Notes: a model not told the origin generated them from the sequence alone. Counted from the stretch's first letter, positions 1 to 12,878 are shown. The stretch is 64,000 bases of DNA from Octopus vulgaris (GCA_951406725.2 OX597820.1:49910001-49974000); one strand, 5' to 3'. Translations and numbers: made by a program.

Positions 1-1933
1 TACATAGTGTTATATGATACACTTACAAAAATTTCGTTAATCAACAAGAAACGAAAAGATACCTTCATATCCAAACTGCCATTAATTATTTAAACTGACC
101 AGTAGCGAGATTGGACGGTTTCTTCCTTGTTGTGTATACATACATATATGAAGAGGAATTTATTCATTAGAGTAATTTCCTATTACTATTATAAAAAATA
201 TATAACGTTACTATCCCCATAATAGTTATTGCATTTTTTCAGAAATATACATATCTAGTTCGAATCCAACCTGTTACAGTGTATACCTGTAGAAATAAAA
301 CACCTGCTACTGTTTCGGACGTCAAACTGACAGAAACGTAGGGTAGATAAAAAAAAAATACCCAAGAAACACTGATTTCTGGATAGACACAACACCTCTA
401 ATTACACTGATGTCATATCGTCAGTGTAATCAATCTCCTTTTAATGATATTATAATTCATCGATTGCAGAACGATGATAATCAAAACTACCATTGGCGAT
501 GGAATTAGAACTCAGAACAATTGCATAAATATCTCAGTTCTAATGCTGCCGAGGTCATATTTACTTTTATATTTCCAGAATCAATAAAATAAAGTACCTG
601 TAAAACAATTTTTTTTTTAAATCGAAAAGATAGCATTTTTAAAGATGAGGTTTATAATCTAAAAATCAAAAAACAAAAATTAAATTTCAGCCCTCTAGAC
701 ATTTTATTCAGATACCTAATTGGATATCTGCGATGAAATGGCATAAATATCAAGTATGTTAGATGTCAACAGTATTTTTCTGGAGATTATTTATATTCTT
801 GTTTTGATTATTAAAATTTTATTATAAAAAGATGCAAATTTAAGGGAAAATATTTTCAGCAAATCTGTGATTTTATTTTTTGAGACGAATGATATTAACC
901 TTCAGGTTAGTGTACCAAGAAAACTTCGAAAATGACTTGAACAGATGTTAAAATATATTAATATTCAAAGCACTATACAAAAACTATCACCCGTCAACAT
1001 CTGGCTAGCAATTATAATAATTTTGTTGCCCACCTCCTAACGTTTGAATTATTGTTTATATTTGTTATTAATTATTTTTGCTCTATTTTAATTACAGAGG
1101 TAAATCATGGCTAAAGTCATGAACGATTTAATATATCTCCAGCTTCGGTTGCTTTTAGCATTCTTGCAATGCATAAAACAGTTAAACTTGAACGGTAATA
1201 GATGTATCTCTTTAGATCTTAGCATGCATATAGATTATGAGAGCATTCGGTAATTTATGTGAAGAAAAAAATGCTAACACCACAATATACATTTATATTA
1301 CAAACATTCGTGTATATTTATGTGAATGTAAGTAATTATATTTAAGCATGTGTGCATGATGTGTGTGTGTGTGTGTGAGTGCAAGTTGGAATTAATGAAA
1401 GAAAAAAAAGGACACGATAGAGCTGAATAAAACAAATTAATTTAATACGTGGAATAGTGAATTTTTCAAGGTGGGGAGGATAGGAATATCAACTACATCT
1501 TGTAGTTCTTATATTTCTTAAAAATCTTATTTAGGAGAATACGCGCTTACCCCGTCTCCCACACACACTCTCTCTCTCTCTCTTTCTCTCTCTCTCACTT
1601 TACACACACACACACACAGGCACTTGCTCCCTCACTTACACACACATGCGTACACATATATGCGTATTTTTTTTATATATTGATAAAAAGATAAATTTTT
1701 ATATTTGACTCTACATTTTATATTCAGTTCTTAGATCGAAACCACGTAGTCTGGTGGTCTCAGAGCTATGGTGGGAGGAGTATTCAGTGCGAGAAGTGCA
1801 CTGAATAAATCTGCTGGAGATATCTTCCTGAGGTTAAATGGCAGTATCGTCGTCTCTTAGAGGACAGCCACATTAAAATGGCCAAATCAACACTATCAAA
1901 AAATTATTTTAACTCTTTCTCTCTCTTTTTCTG

Positions 1934-1970
<37 letters not shown>

Positions 1971-2066
1971 CGGGAGGCTTTATGAAAATAAACAAAAGAC
2001 GAAGGCAGGTGGAAAACAAACGAACAATTGTATTAGTATGGCGCTCAGGAAATATAAATAAAACAA

Positions 2067-2102
2067 GTCTTTAACGTTTCGAGCCTACGCTCTTCAACAG
2101 AA
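2067..2102 (-). ncRNA. Minimal hammerhead ribozyme motif in the PLE 3' terminal repeat (C3U variant)
   Basis: The minus strand reads ctg-TTGAAGA-gcgtaggctc-GAAA-cgtta-aagac: an HHR-like core, short helix II and palindromic AACGTT helix III, as in PLE minimal HHRs. Confidence 0.65.
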
Positions 2103-2278
2103 AGATACACAGAGAGAGAAAAACACAGAAAGAAGGAGAGAAAAAAAATGCGTGCAGTAGCTAACGAATCAACATGGCGATCTGATTTCGGCCAGAGGTC
2201 AAAGATCAAACATGAGACGCGAGAGCGAAATAAGGGGAGATAATAGGGTTGATAAAAGGGTTGAGGGACCAGCTAAAA

Positions 2279-2610
2279 GTGCGTGGGAGGGGTCTGGATG
2301 TGTGTATGTATAGGGTTGGTGTATGTATTAGTATGTATAAGGGTGTGTGTGTGTGTGTGTGTGTATGAGAGAGTATTAGTGCGTAGGATTGGTCTGGACG
2401 TGCGTATGTATGGGGTTGGTGTATGTATTAGTATGTATTAGTATGTATTAGTACGTATTGGTATGTATAGGTGTGTGTGTGTGTGAGAGAGAGTATAAGT
2501 GCGTATGCGGGGTCTGGACGTGTGTATGTATAGGGTTGGTGTAAGTATTAGTATGTACTAGTATGTATTAGTACGTATTAGTATGTATTAGTTGGTGTGT
2601 GTATTAGTAT
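2279..2610. repeat. Three ~100-120 bp tandem units in the PLE 3' UTR
   Basis: gtgcgt..ggtctggacgtgtgtatgtatagggttggtgtatgtattagtatgta... recurs at ~2279, ~2379 and ~2499. Confidence 0.8.
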
Positions 2611-2640
2611 GGCACATCATATGTGATGTGATGTGTAAAG

Positions 2641-4729
2641 TCATGTGGTGTAGTGAGGAGAAGAGGGGGAGGGGGAGGGGAGGGGGGAGAGAAGGGGAGG
2701 GGAAGAAGAGGGGGAGGAGAAGGGGGAAGAGGAGAGGATGGAGGAGAAGGGGGAAGAGGAGAGGATGGGGGAGAAGGAAGGGGAGGAGGGGGATGAAGGA
2801 GGAAAGAGGGAGAGGGGGAGAGAGAAGGGGAGAGAGGGAGTAAGGGAGCAGAGGGAATGGGAAGAGGGAGGGAGAAAGAGGGAAGAAGGGAAGGGGAGTA
2901 GGGGTGAAAGGATGAAGGACTGAAGAAGTAGGGGTCGGGGGGAGAAAGGATAGGTGAGGAGGGGGAGAGGGGGGTTAGATGAGGAGGGGGGAGAGTTGAG
3001 ACCAAATGGCGTATAAGAGCGAAGAGAGAAGATTAATTCCTGTTCACGGCGCAAACGGGAATCCGGATGGCCTCTGTGTAAGGACAAACCGAACACAGAT
3101 AGGTGTTGCAAGGAGTGACCGGTGGAGCGGAAATGGCGTGAGACCGGTGTGTCGTTCGCAAGGTGGATGTCACGAAGGTGTTCCGCGAACCGGTCAGCCA
3201 AGCGGCGTCCCGTTTGTCCGATGTGCAAGGAATTGCAGAGAGAGCAAGAGATGCAATAGATAATATTGCTGGAGGTGCAGGTGAAGGAGTGGATGATGGG
3301 ATAGGGTCGATGGTGGGTGCTAGTGAGGCGGGTGGTGTTGGAGAGGTAAGAGCAAGTGCGGCAACGTGGGCGGGAGCAGGGGAACGAGCCGGGTTGGGAG
3401 GTAGGGTCAGGGAAGGAGCTATGGACCAAAAGGTCTCGAAGGTTGAGGGCTCGTTTGAAAGAGGGGAGGGGTCGGTTAGGGAAGAGGTGTGAAGTGGACG
3501 GGTCGGACTGGAGATGACGGAAAGCTCGAAGAATGGTGCGTTGGAGACGTAGGGTCGTGGGGTGGTAAGTGAGGGGAAAAGGGAGGCGGGATACTACAAG
3601 GCGGGTTCGGGGAGAGAGAGCAGATACACGGTCCACGGACCGTGCTCTGGCAAGGGCGGTGTGGATAGTGGTGAGGGGGTATCCACGTAGGGTGAAGTGG
3701 TGAGCCATACGTTGAGACTGAGTCTCAAAGTCATGGTCGTCACTACAGAGCCTACGTAGACGGAGGAATTGGGAATAGGGGATGGAAAGCTTGGTGTGTT
3801 CTGGGTGGGAGGAAGAGAAGTTGAGGTATGAGTGTGAGTCTGTGTGTTTGTAGTGAATGGAGGTGGTAAGAGTGGAGTGAAGAATGCTAACCGAAATGTC
3901 GAGGAAGGAGACAGAGGTGTTGGAGATAGTGGAAGTGAAGTGGAGGGCTGGATGGAAAGATTGGACGAAAGAGAGGAAGGAATCTAGATGTTCGCGGGAG
4001 AGTGAGGTGGCACCGATAATGTCGTCAATATAACGACCATATAGTTCAGGAGTGGGACCAGTGAAATTAGAGAATATTTGGGCCTCAACATAGCCAACGA
4101 ACAGGTTCGCATAGTTGGGGCCCATTCGCGTTCCCATGGCCACTCCCGAGACCTGATGGTAGAACTCGCCCGCGAACGAGAAGCAGTTCAGAGTAAGGAC
4201 AAGTTCGGCCAGACGAATGAGTGTGGAGGTGTCAGGTACAGGGTTAGAGCGGAGGTCAAGAAAGTGTCGAAGGGCCTGCAGTCCTTCGTGGTGAGGGATA
4301 ACAGTATAGAGGCTTTGGATGTCCATAGTAAAAAGGATTTTGGAGGAGCCGGGAGGAAAGGAGAAAGAGTTGAAAAGCCGGAGAGCATGGTTGGTATCGT
4401 GGATGTGGGAGGGAAGAGATGCCACTAGGGGAGCAAGGACACGGTCGAGGTATTTAGAGATGAGCTCCGTGGGGCAGTTACAGGCGGAGACGATGGGGCG
4501 GCCAGGGTTGTTGGGTTTGTGGATTTTGGGGAGGAAGTAAATGGTGGGGGTACGTGGGGTTCGCACAATTAGGTTGGATGCGGTGCGGGGGAGACGGGAG
4601 GACGAGATGAGGTCTTGGACAGTAGAGGATACCGTCTGTTGGTAGCTACGTGTGGGGTTAGAGGGCAGAGGGGAATAGAAGGAGGTGTCATTGAGTTGGC
4701 GGAAAGCCTCGGCCCTATAGAGGTCCGAC
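2641..4729 (-). CDS. PLE reverse transcriptase + Cys-rich linker + GIY-YIG endonuclease (N-terminally truncated)
   Basis: RT motifs LPKIHK..GRPIVS, TMDIQSLYT, GVAMGTRMGPNYANLF, RYIDD, SFLD, YSQFLRLRRLCS. Linker PCSRPRCRTC. Endonuclease NIIY..C..C...HIGQT..R...RF.EH ... E ... GLN. The frame stays open upstream of the track start (4566) as SDLYRAEAFRQLNDTSFYSPLPSNPT up to the junction at ~4729, so the called start codon is not real. Confidence 0.93.
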
Positions 4730-4736
4730 GCGCGCG

Positions 4737-4773
<37 letters not shown>

Positions 4774-6400
4774 ACTACTTGAAGATCTGATCGCCAGTCT
4801 AGAAAAGCAACAGTTACAACAAAGAAACTTTTGCCAGGTAGAATTTAAACACGCTTGAATGACTGGGCAACTTAAAAGTTGAACAGGGATGAAAACACTA
4901 TAAACATACGAAAGATCGAAACTCGGCTTGGCCTTCTCTCCTATGGTGAAGCTGAAATCAGTCCCAGAAATTCAACCTGCATAAATCTCGGGTTCGATTA
5001 TTCTACATGGATACTAACATTAGATGCTTACAGCGACGAAGAACGAAGAACCCTGGCTTTCGAGCAAGTTTTAAATGCCAATAACTTCTTGTACAAATAT
5101 ATATTTAACCAGGACTCACTGTCCAAAACTATTCCCTGCATCACAGTTAAAACAAAAAAAAACCCCTCCCATAATAAGAAAATCTTTGTTTGACAACTTC
5201 CAGGTATAGGCCGAGTACGACACCCCCAGCGTGGTGGAGAACATAAAAGACTGGTGATTGTGATTGCCAGAAATCTTAATGCGGTGTCTCAACGCACAAG
5301 ACACGGGAGATTTTATGCTGATGGCATGCACCTCGCCCCCCGCACACACACACACACATACTCACGCATCACACGATCGCATACACAATAAGAACGACTG
5401 TATAGGAGCAGCCTCGTTTCGAACTCCATGAAACTTACATTTTTTGTTAATGATATTCTAAGGACACACGATTCGATCAAACTTATTTTAGTCCAACATT
5501 TTGATGATTTATACTATTGAAACACAGACATATTTTAGTCGGGAAATATATGGAACACTAACTCTATCTAAATGCTTGAAGTGTACTGTATATTAACAAC
5601 TAGAAACAAATTTTAAGAAGAATAACTCCGGATTTACTTGAACACATACCGTAGAGAACTGCTGATCGATCTACTCTGCTCGCTCTAATGATTCGGGCGA
5701 TCACAATCATGCAACTTGTGATTGTTAGTATTCATTAGATCTCAGACATAGACAAATAATCACAAATCTCTGGAGAAATAGTTAGCTTAGTTGAAATCCC
5801 TCAAGTTATCCAAATAGGGTAGTCTTCGCCGTGATGCCAATGACGGCAGTCTTCTTTTAAAATATAATGGTAGTAAACAACTAACTTGCAACAGTTAATG
5901 CTGACATATACCAGTTAGTACTAACTGCATCCTCTCGGGAACGACGCATCATTCCAACAAGCAATTCGCACGTAAGGATAATTGATCTAACTGATACCTC
6001 AAACCAGTGCATATTAAGTTCGATGCTATCGAATTGAATACACGAGGCAATAAACTCTGAAGAGCAATGGAGTGAATCGTCTGCTTTTTTTAATTGTCGG
6101 GAAATAAAGGAAGCGATCTATATATGGTTGAGTTCTTAGAGGAAATTTTGTTGCTTCTTTTTTCTTTTGTTTTATTTTATAAGGAAATAAACTCGTGCAA
6201 AGACAGACCAGGTGATTTGAAAGGCAATGTAACTATATTTAAGGATAATGTTCTCGTACTTTTAATATCGATATAATAGTTGTAATGAATTAAATAAGAA
6301 TAATGAAAAATAGAAAATAAAAAATGAAATCAATGAATGCTGCTACTCTTTGGAACTGGAGCGAATAGAAATAGAAAGTCTTCACAACTTAAGTGCAGAG

Positions 6401-6489
<89 letters not shown>

Positions 6490-7613
6490 GAGTAAGAGAG
6501 AAAGTGGGAGACGTCTAGTAATGCGTACTCAGCTAACTTACCTGCAAACAGGACATCGTGTATGTATATATATATATAGGGAGAGAGAGAGAGAAGGGGG
6601 AAAGAGAGAGATGGATATACACATATACATACATTTATACACACACACACACACACATACATATAGTATGTAGATAGAGTAACAGCTCAAGCTGTGAGCA
6701 CACCTGAATATTCCAGTATTCTAAATCCGTATGGGGATGCTATATTTGTGTGAGGTATGCATAAGAGTTAAAGATACTGGAGAATATTTTATCAAAGTAA
6801 TAAAATTCAAAACAGAAGATTGGGTGAAACGTTTTGCATTATTTATTTACCCTGACCATTTGTTGATAGGAGTTCCAAAACTGTACTTGTAGTAGAAAGC
6901 ATGCAAAATTTTTATCATTAGAAATTCTTCAGAGAGATAATCAAATAATATTAGAAATAATATTAAAAGTATTACAGATAATATATACAATTTTGTAACT
7001 CCTATTATCACACGAAATACATGTAATGGTGACCAAATATTACTCATAATATTTTCAATCTCCACGCACGACCCTATAAGGCAGACACCTCGCAGATAAT
7101 TATCCCCCAACACATACCCCATCACGCAAATTGTACCCACACATATGCACAAACTCGATACGCACACATCACACATTACATACTAAACGTTAAAATTTAA
7201 AAAAAACCTCCACAACTTTATTCTTTAAAGAAAGAAAACAGACTGACAAACACAGTTATTAATAATATGCACTTTTCCTATTTCAAGATAACTCTTGCCA
7301 GCTTCACAACATACACAACAAAAGAACGCAACTCCTAACCCAATCCTCTGGACCCTTTTTCGTTCCACCACCTCTTTTACAGCAGCCACTGACCGGTTGT
7401 GCTAATCCATCTCCGACAATATAGAGCAGCCGCCATATTCCCTTCCATATCGGCTGTCTCTAATGAGTGTAAAGTTATATAATCGGATTGTTACCTAACA
7501 CTCCATGGTATTCTTTATGCGAAACCGTTTGGTAAGATCAGGCGTGATGGATATCTAATACTATAAAATTCAGATAGTATGTATATGTGTGTACATGCAC
7601 ACACATACATATA

Positions 7614-8499
7614 CGAGGTCTGATCAATAAGTATCTGGTCTGTTGTTAGTAACGAAGCTAAAGCACGCAAAGTAAAGCCGCTTGGCACAGATTGACGTTG
7701 AACGCTGTTGTAGATGCACACTACATTATAACGTTCTAGCTCATAATCCCTGATTACAGCAGTGCTTGAAATGAAGGTGTGTAGCGTGTGATCGTCGCAC
7801 TGACCATGATAGTCAAAGTTGTCATGGCAATACCTGCTCAGAGGCCTGCACAAAGTTGCAGAAAGTGCAACTTTTGGAGAGGAGTGTATGAGCCGCACAC
7901 AAATGTACGAGTGGTTCACATGTTACCAAGATGATCGAGAAAAAGGTCGTTAATGACGGACTTACTGGGAGACCCGCGACGAGCAGAACTGAGGAAAACA
8001 TCGCAGATGTATGTGCAGCTGTGCGGTGAAATATCCGAATCACAATCCATGAGTTATCAGAGGATGTGCAGATTTGTTATGGCTCAGTTCAGTCCATTAC
8101 CACTGAAGATTTGGGTATGAGACCCGTCTGACAAGTTTGAGCCAAAACTACTTTCAGATGACCAAATAGACACTCATGTTTCATTTGCTCAAGATCTCCT
8201 TGATTACGTCATGAACGATGAAAACTTTCTGAAAACTTTGCGTAGGCTTCTGAGCAGGTATTGGCAGTCTTTTGGCAAAATTTGATGCAGATTCTTTGAT
8301 CAACTTTGTCATGTTCGATGTGACAATCACACGCGACTCACGTTCGTTCTAATCACTGCTGCAAACGGCGGAAGTGAGCTAGAAACTTACTGCACATGTA
8401 CAGCAGAGTTCAAGGTGAATCCGTGTCAAGCGGCTTCGCTCTGTATGCTTTAGTTTCGTTGCTATCGCAACAGTCCGGATACTTGTTGATCACACCACC
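7614..8499 (+). mobile_element. Internally deleted mariner-like DNA transposon
   Basis: TA on both flanks. Imperfect ~85-bp TIRs (cgaggtctgatcaataagtatc... / ...gatacttgttgatcacaccacc). Decayed N-terminal transposase: MSRTQMYEWF..GRPATSRTEENI..ITIHELS..KFEPKLL. The DDD catalytic domain is missing. Confidence 0.85.
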
Positions 8500-8599
8500 T
8501 ATGCATACATACGTACATATAAAGTATATGTAAGTATTCGTGTGTTATATGTATATGTATGTGTGCGTATTAATGTTACTATCTGAGTATGTTACACAG

Positions 8600-8775
8600 A
8601 TGAAGCAAAGCATTTCTTATGCAAAGTCAGAAATCCGGGATCTGGAATTATCCAGTAATTCTTTGCTAGTTCATCTTGTCATAGTGCTGTATGAACATTT
8701 AATGTGGTTTTAAAGTCAAGTTTTGGCTGCTATTTCCTGCGTGGAGGTGTCTCTTAGATACCCTAAATTATAATT
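8600..8775 (+). repeat. Dispersed repeat; inverted copy at ~41197-41388
   Basis: gcaaagcatttcttatgca..ggaattatccagtaat..ttggctgctatttcc..tcttagataccctaaattataat matches the reverse complement of 41197-41388. Confidence 0.75.
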
Positions 8776-8905
8776 TTAATAATAATTCATACATACGTAC
8801 ATATAGACAGACTAATATCAGTATGTCTGAGTGCAAATGGTAGGAAGATTTTCCTTTAGTATTCTTTTTCATAATATCAGTCGTGATATGTTTCAAATTC
8901 ACAAA

Positions 8906-9052
8906 AGGCGGCGAGCTGGCAGAATCGTTAGCACGCCGGGCGAAATGTGTAGCCGTAATTCGTCTGCCGTTACGTTCTAAGTTCAAATTCCGCCGAGGTC
9001 GACTTTGCCTTTCATCCTTTCGGGGGTCGATAAATTAAGTACCAGTTACGCA
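8906..9052 (+). mobile_element. tRNA-derived SINE family A (3'-truncated)
   Basis: aggcggcgagctggcagaatcgttagc..gttcaaattcc..gactttgcctttcatcctttcggg..gtcgataaattaagtaccag; many copies occur in the window. Confidence 0.85.
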
Positions 9053-9314
9053 AAAAACAATAACGTGACCTTGTGTTTGTTTTCACATCGAAAGAAACTG
9101 CATTATTACGGCTACAATGAAATTGACTAAGAGTTTGCTCACTTAGGATCTGGGATAAGTGACAAGAAAAACAATCCGAGAAAATATGTTACCTTCTGTG
9201 TCTCAGTGATGCATGCATACAATATACAATTGAATTTACACGCAATTATGCTCTCTCGCCGTCGCTCACACACTCACCCCCACCCCCCACACACACACGC
9301 ACGAACGCAAATGT

Positions 9315-9700
9315 GGAAGCACTCCGTCGGTTGCGACGACGAGCGTTCCGGTTGATCCGAATCAACGGAACAGCCTGCTCGTGAAATTAACGTACAAGTG
9401 GCTGAGCACTCCACAGACACGTGTACCCTTAACGTAGTTCTCGGGGATATTCAGCGTGACACAGAGAGTGACAAGGCCGGCCCTTTGAAATACAGGTACA
9501 ACAGAAACAGGAAGTAAGAGTGAGAGAAAGTTGTGGTGAAAGAGTACAGCAGGGATCACCACCATCCCCTGCCGGAGCCTCGTGGAGCTTTAGGTGTTTT
9601 CGCTCAATAAACACTCACAACGCCCGGTCTGGGAATCGAAACCGCGATCCTATGACCGCGAGTCCGCTGCCCTAACCACTGGCCATTGCGCCTCCACATA
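9315..9700 (-). mobile_element. tRNA-derived SINE family C, full length with 11-bp TSD
   Basis: The head ggaggcgcaatggccagtggttagggcagcggac..gtttcgattccc carries A/B-box-like motifs. TSD aacgcaaatgt at 9304-9314 and 9701-9711. Confidence 0.88.
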
Positions 9701-10107
9701 AACGCAAATGTACGCCCACATTCGTGCATAAACATAACGAGGCATACACACATTATATCATACATGACTAATTCTATTGCGATAGGAATCTAACAAACCA
9801 ATTCGATACATATCGAAAGGATTAGATGGATTTTGTATTTACCCTATCTGAAAATTTGGCCCTAGTCTTGTTTCATTTGCACAATGAGACAAGTATTATT
9901 ACTTTTGCATCGAAGTATGTTATACCGAAGTATTTTACATTTGTCTCTCTTTTTGTTTGGCGCTCCCCCCCCACTTCCTCTCTTTCATTCTATCAGTTAG
10001 TCTTGTCGTTATGATCTATTCTTACACATATCTTTTCTCTCGGCAATGCACAGTGATGACGACGATGATGACAGTAATGAGGATGATGATGATAAAGATG
10101 GTGGTGG

Positions 10108-10148
<41 letters not shown>

Positions 10149-10256
10149 GTGAAGATGACCCTCATCCTCATCATCATTCCATTCCTATTCTACTTTACAT
10201 ATGTTCTTTCCCTTTCTCAAATTATATATATACACATGTGTGTGTGTGTGTGCGTG

Positions 10257-10292
<36 letters not shown>

Positions 10293-10328
10293 GGTATATA
10301 TATATGTATATATATATATGTATATATG

Positions 10329-10361
<33 letters not shown>

Positions 10362-10430
10362 GTTATGTATATATGTGTATATATATATAATATATATATA
10401 AAAACGGTATGTATATATGTGTATATATAC

Positions 10431-10471
<41 letters not shown>

Positions 10472-11621
10472 TATATATGTACATACACACACATCTGTTT
10501 GTATATATATATATATATATGTATGTATACATTCATACACACACAGCTATACGAGAAAAGGAGAGAGAAATATGAGGGTAGAGCGGGTGAGAGACAGACA
10601 TAAAGGAAGACTGGAAAATAATTTTACTTACAAGTTACATATATGTGTGTGTGTATGTGCGTATGTGTGCCTGGGTGTGTTGTCCCTCATATGTGTGAGT
10701 GTGTTTATGCGTATACCTGTGTGTGAGTGCTTGTGTGCGCGCCAGTGTGTTTATACGTAACAAGGGATCAAAATATCTTTTCGATGAATAGTCAAACACC
10801 AAAGACCATTTAGAGATGAAGAAAACTATGTGTAATATGTTGAGGCGTCATCTGGGAAGGACTGAAATTGATGGCTTATATTACATATACATTGTGTATT
10901 TATTACATCATATATATCAGAAGCCTATCCCTGAATAACACAGCTAAATATTGTTGCCTGTGAGCTGTATGACGACAATCAATGAATAAAACATCAAAGA
11001 GATATTTAGCTTTGAGAATTAATGACCTTCTACTATAGGTCGTTAATTCTTATAAGTACAACAGAGTGGTCTTGGTTTGGCGGTGATGCGGTTTCATGTG
11101 CGTAGGATGGTGTGGAGTCCGTAGTGTGAAACAGAGATACATCAAGAGTGTGTGGTTGGTAACATTACTCTCAAGACCCAAGCTGACAGGTGGCTTTGAA
11201 CTCAGCGCGACAGAAGAAACACTCGTCAGTTTTACAATCCTGCTACTGTTTGCAGCGTCGAATTATCTGACTAAATTTCCCTCTCAATTTCAGTATTGTT
11301 GTTAGTAGTAGTAGTAATAGTAGCAGTTGTTGTTGTTGTTGTTGTAGTATCAGTAGTATCAGTAGTAGAAGTAGTAGTAGTAGCAGTAGTAGTAGTAGCA
11401 CTGATTTTGTTGTTGTTACTATTGTTATTGTTACGCATGTAAACTTTGTGGTACAACAACTGCAAAAGAAGCGACAGGAACAACAATCTAAACAATAACA
11501 TATGGTAAAAACTACGAAACAAAAGAACAACCAAAGACCAAAGGAATAAAATACATTTGAAACCATTAAAAAGAGCAGAACAGATACATGTAGAATCTCA
11601 TTCAGAAGAGATGCATTTAGA

Positions 11622-11840
11622 AGGCGGCGAGCTGGCAGAATCGTTAGCACGCCGGGCGAAATGTTTAGTGGTATTTCGTCTGTCTTTACGTTCTGGTTTC
11701 AAATTCCACTGAGGTCGACTTTGCCTTTCATCCCTTCGGGGTCGATAAATTAAGTACCAGTTGCGAACTGGGGTCGATCTAATCGACAGGCCCCCCCCTC
11801 CCTCAAAATTTTGGGCCTTTTGCCTAGAGTAGAAAAGAAT
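11622..11840 (+). mobile_element. SINE family A, full length
   Basis: Matches the 8906 copy and continues to the gggcctt..gcctagagtagaaaagaat tail. Confidence 0.88.
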
Positions 11841-11943
11841 AGATACATCTAGAATCTCATTCAGTCTGTACGAGCTCAGTTCAAATGCCGCTGAAGTGAA
11901 ATTCCATTTTTTAAAAATTTCTCATTTCGTTGTCGATAAAATA

Positions 11944-12257
11944 AAAACGATAAACGTTGCCCTTTTCAAACTTAACCAGGCTCATGGGCCCGGTTTTCCG
12001 GTTTCTGTGGCGTATGTTTTCCCCCAACTGGACGGGACGCCAGTCCATCGCAGCGTTACTCAAGAAACAAGAAGAGAGAGTGAAATTTGTGGCGAAAGAC
12101 TACTACAACAGGGGTCACCACCACCTCTGCCGGAGCCTCGTGGAACTTTTAGGTGTTTTCGCTCAATAAATACACACAACGCCCGGTCTGGGAATCGAAA
12201 CTGCGATCCTCCGACCGCGAGTCCGCTGCCATAACCACTGGGCGATTGCGCCTCCAC
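11944..12257 (-). mobile_element. SINE with family C head and V-domain-like 3' module, 13-bp TSD
   Basis: Same head as 9315-9700, but the 3' part reads ctgcgatggactggcgtcccgtccag (V-SINE-like motif). TSD tgtcgataaaata at 11931-11943 and 12258-12270. Confidence 0.85.
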
Positions 12258-12662
12258 TGTCGATAAAATACCAATCTTTACTACAGTCGTTATTTCTTTC
12301 TCTCTGAGAAAAAAAATTAGTTGTGATCAAACCTGAAAAATGATGGTCTCCACCCAAATTTAGATACCTTTAGCACGACGAATATTTGTATGCTGAGAGC
12401 CCAACGAAGTACGGACGGTAAATCATGTCCAGTCCAATGTAGGTGAATCAAGATTAATCTAAATGAATTCAAATCGCATATCTGTAATTAGTAGAAGTGC
12501 CATCAATGTTAAAGATAATTACTTTCGTTTCGACTGGTTAAAAATTCTTTTGGTTCCCCTTCGGTAAGTATATTAGGCTGCACTTAACTATATGGGCTCC
12601 GAGGAAGTTTTCAATATCCTTATCAGAGATGGTATTCTTAATATTTCTATCATACGATAAAC

Positions 12663-12878
12663 CGGCGAGCTGGCAGAATCCTTAGCACGCCGGGGAAAAT
12701 GCTTAGCGTCATTTCGTCCGGCTTTACGTTTTGTGTTAAAATTCCTACGAGTTCTACTTTGACATTCATCCTTTCAGAGTTCATAAAATAAATACCAGTT
12801 GAGAACTGGGTTCGATGTAATCGATTCATCCGCTTCTCTGAAATTGCTGTCTTTGAGCTAAAATTTGAAACCAATATT
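12663..12878 (+). mobile_element. SINE family A, diverged
   Basis: cggcgagctggcagaatccttagcacgccggg..tttgacattcatcctttc..aataccagttgagaactggg. Confidence 0.8.

Larger units (their letters stand above)
1969..4729 (-). mobile_element. Penelope-like retroelement (Neptune-like), 5'-truncated, young
   Basis: Open RT plus GIY-YIG frame, a 3' UTR with tandem repeats and an HHR motif. The 3' end abuts (TA)n at ~1940-1968 and the truncated 5' end abuts (CG)n/(TG)n at ~4730-4772. No TSD is visible. Confidence 0.93.

Noticed and set aside
1781-1807. 10-bp perfect hairpin tattcagtgc/gcactgaata
   Set aside because: Too short and without context; plausible by chance.
2279-2610. CRISPR-like array
   Set aside because: Eukaryotic context, no unique spacers and no cas genes; it is a simple tandem repeat.
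2592-4540. Plus-strand and alternate-frame ORFs over the PLE
   Set aside because: They are antisense or shadow frames of the RT ORF and its purine-rich tract.
2641-4729. Naiad/Chlamys-type or selenoprotein PLE
   Set aside because: The endonuclease is C-terminal and there is no in-frame TGA in the retained region.
4879-5193. 104-aa non-repetitive ORF
   Set aside because: TTG start and no motif I recognise; possibly old TE debris, but unsupported.
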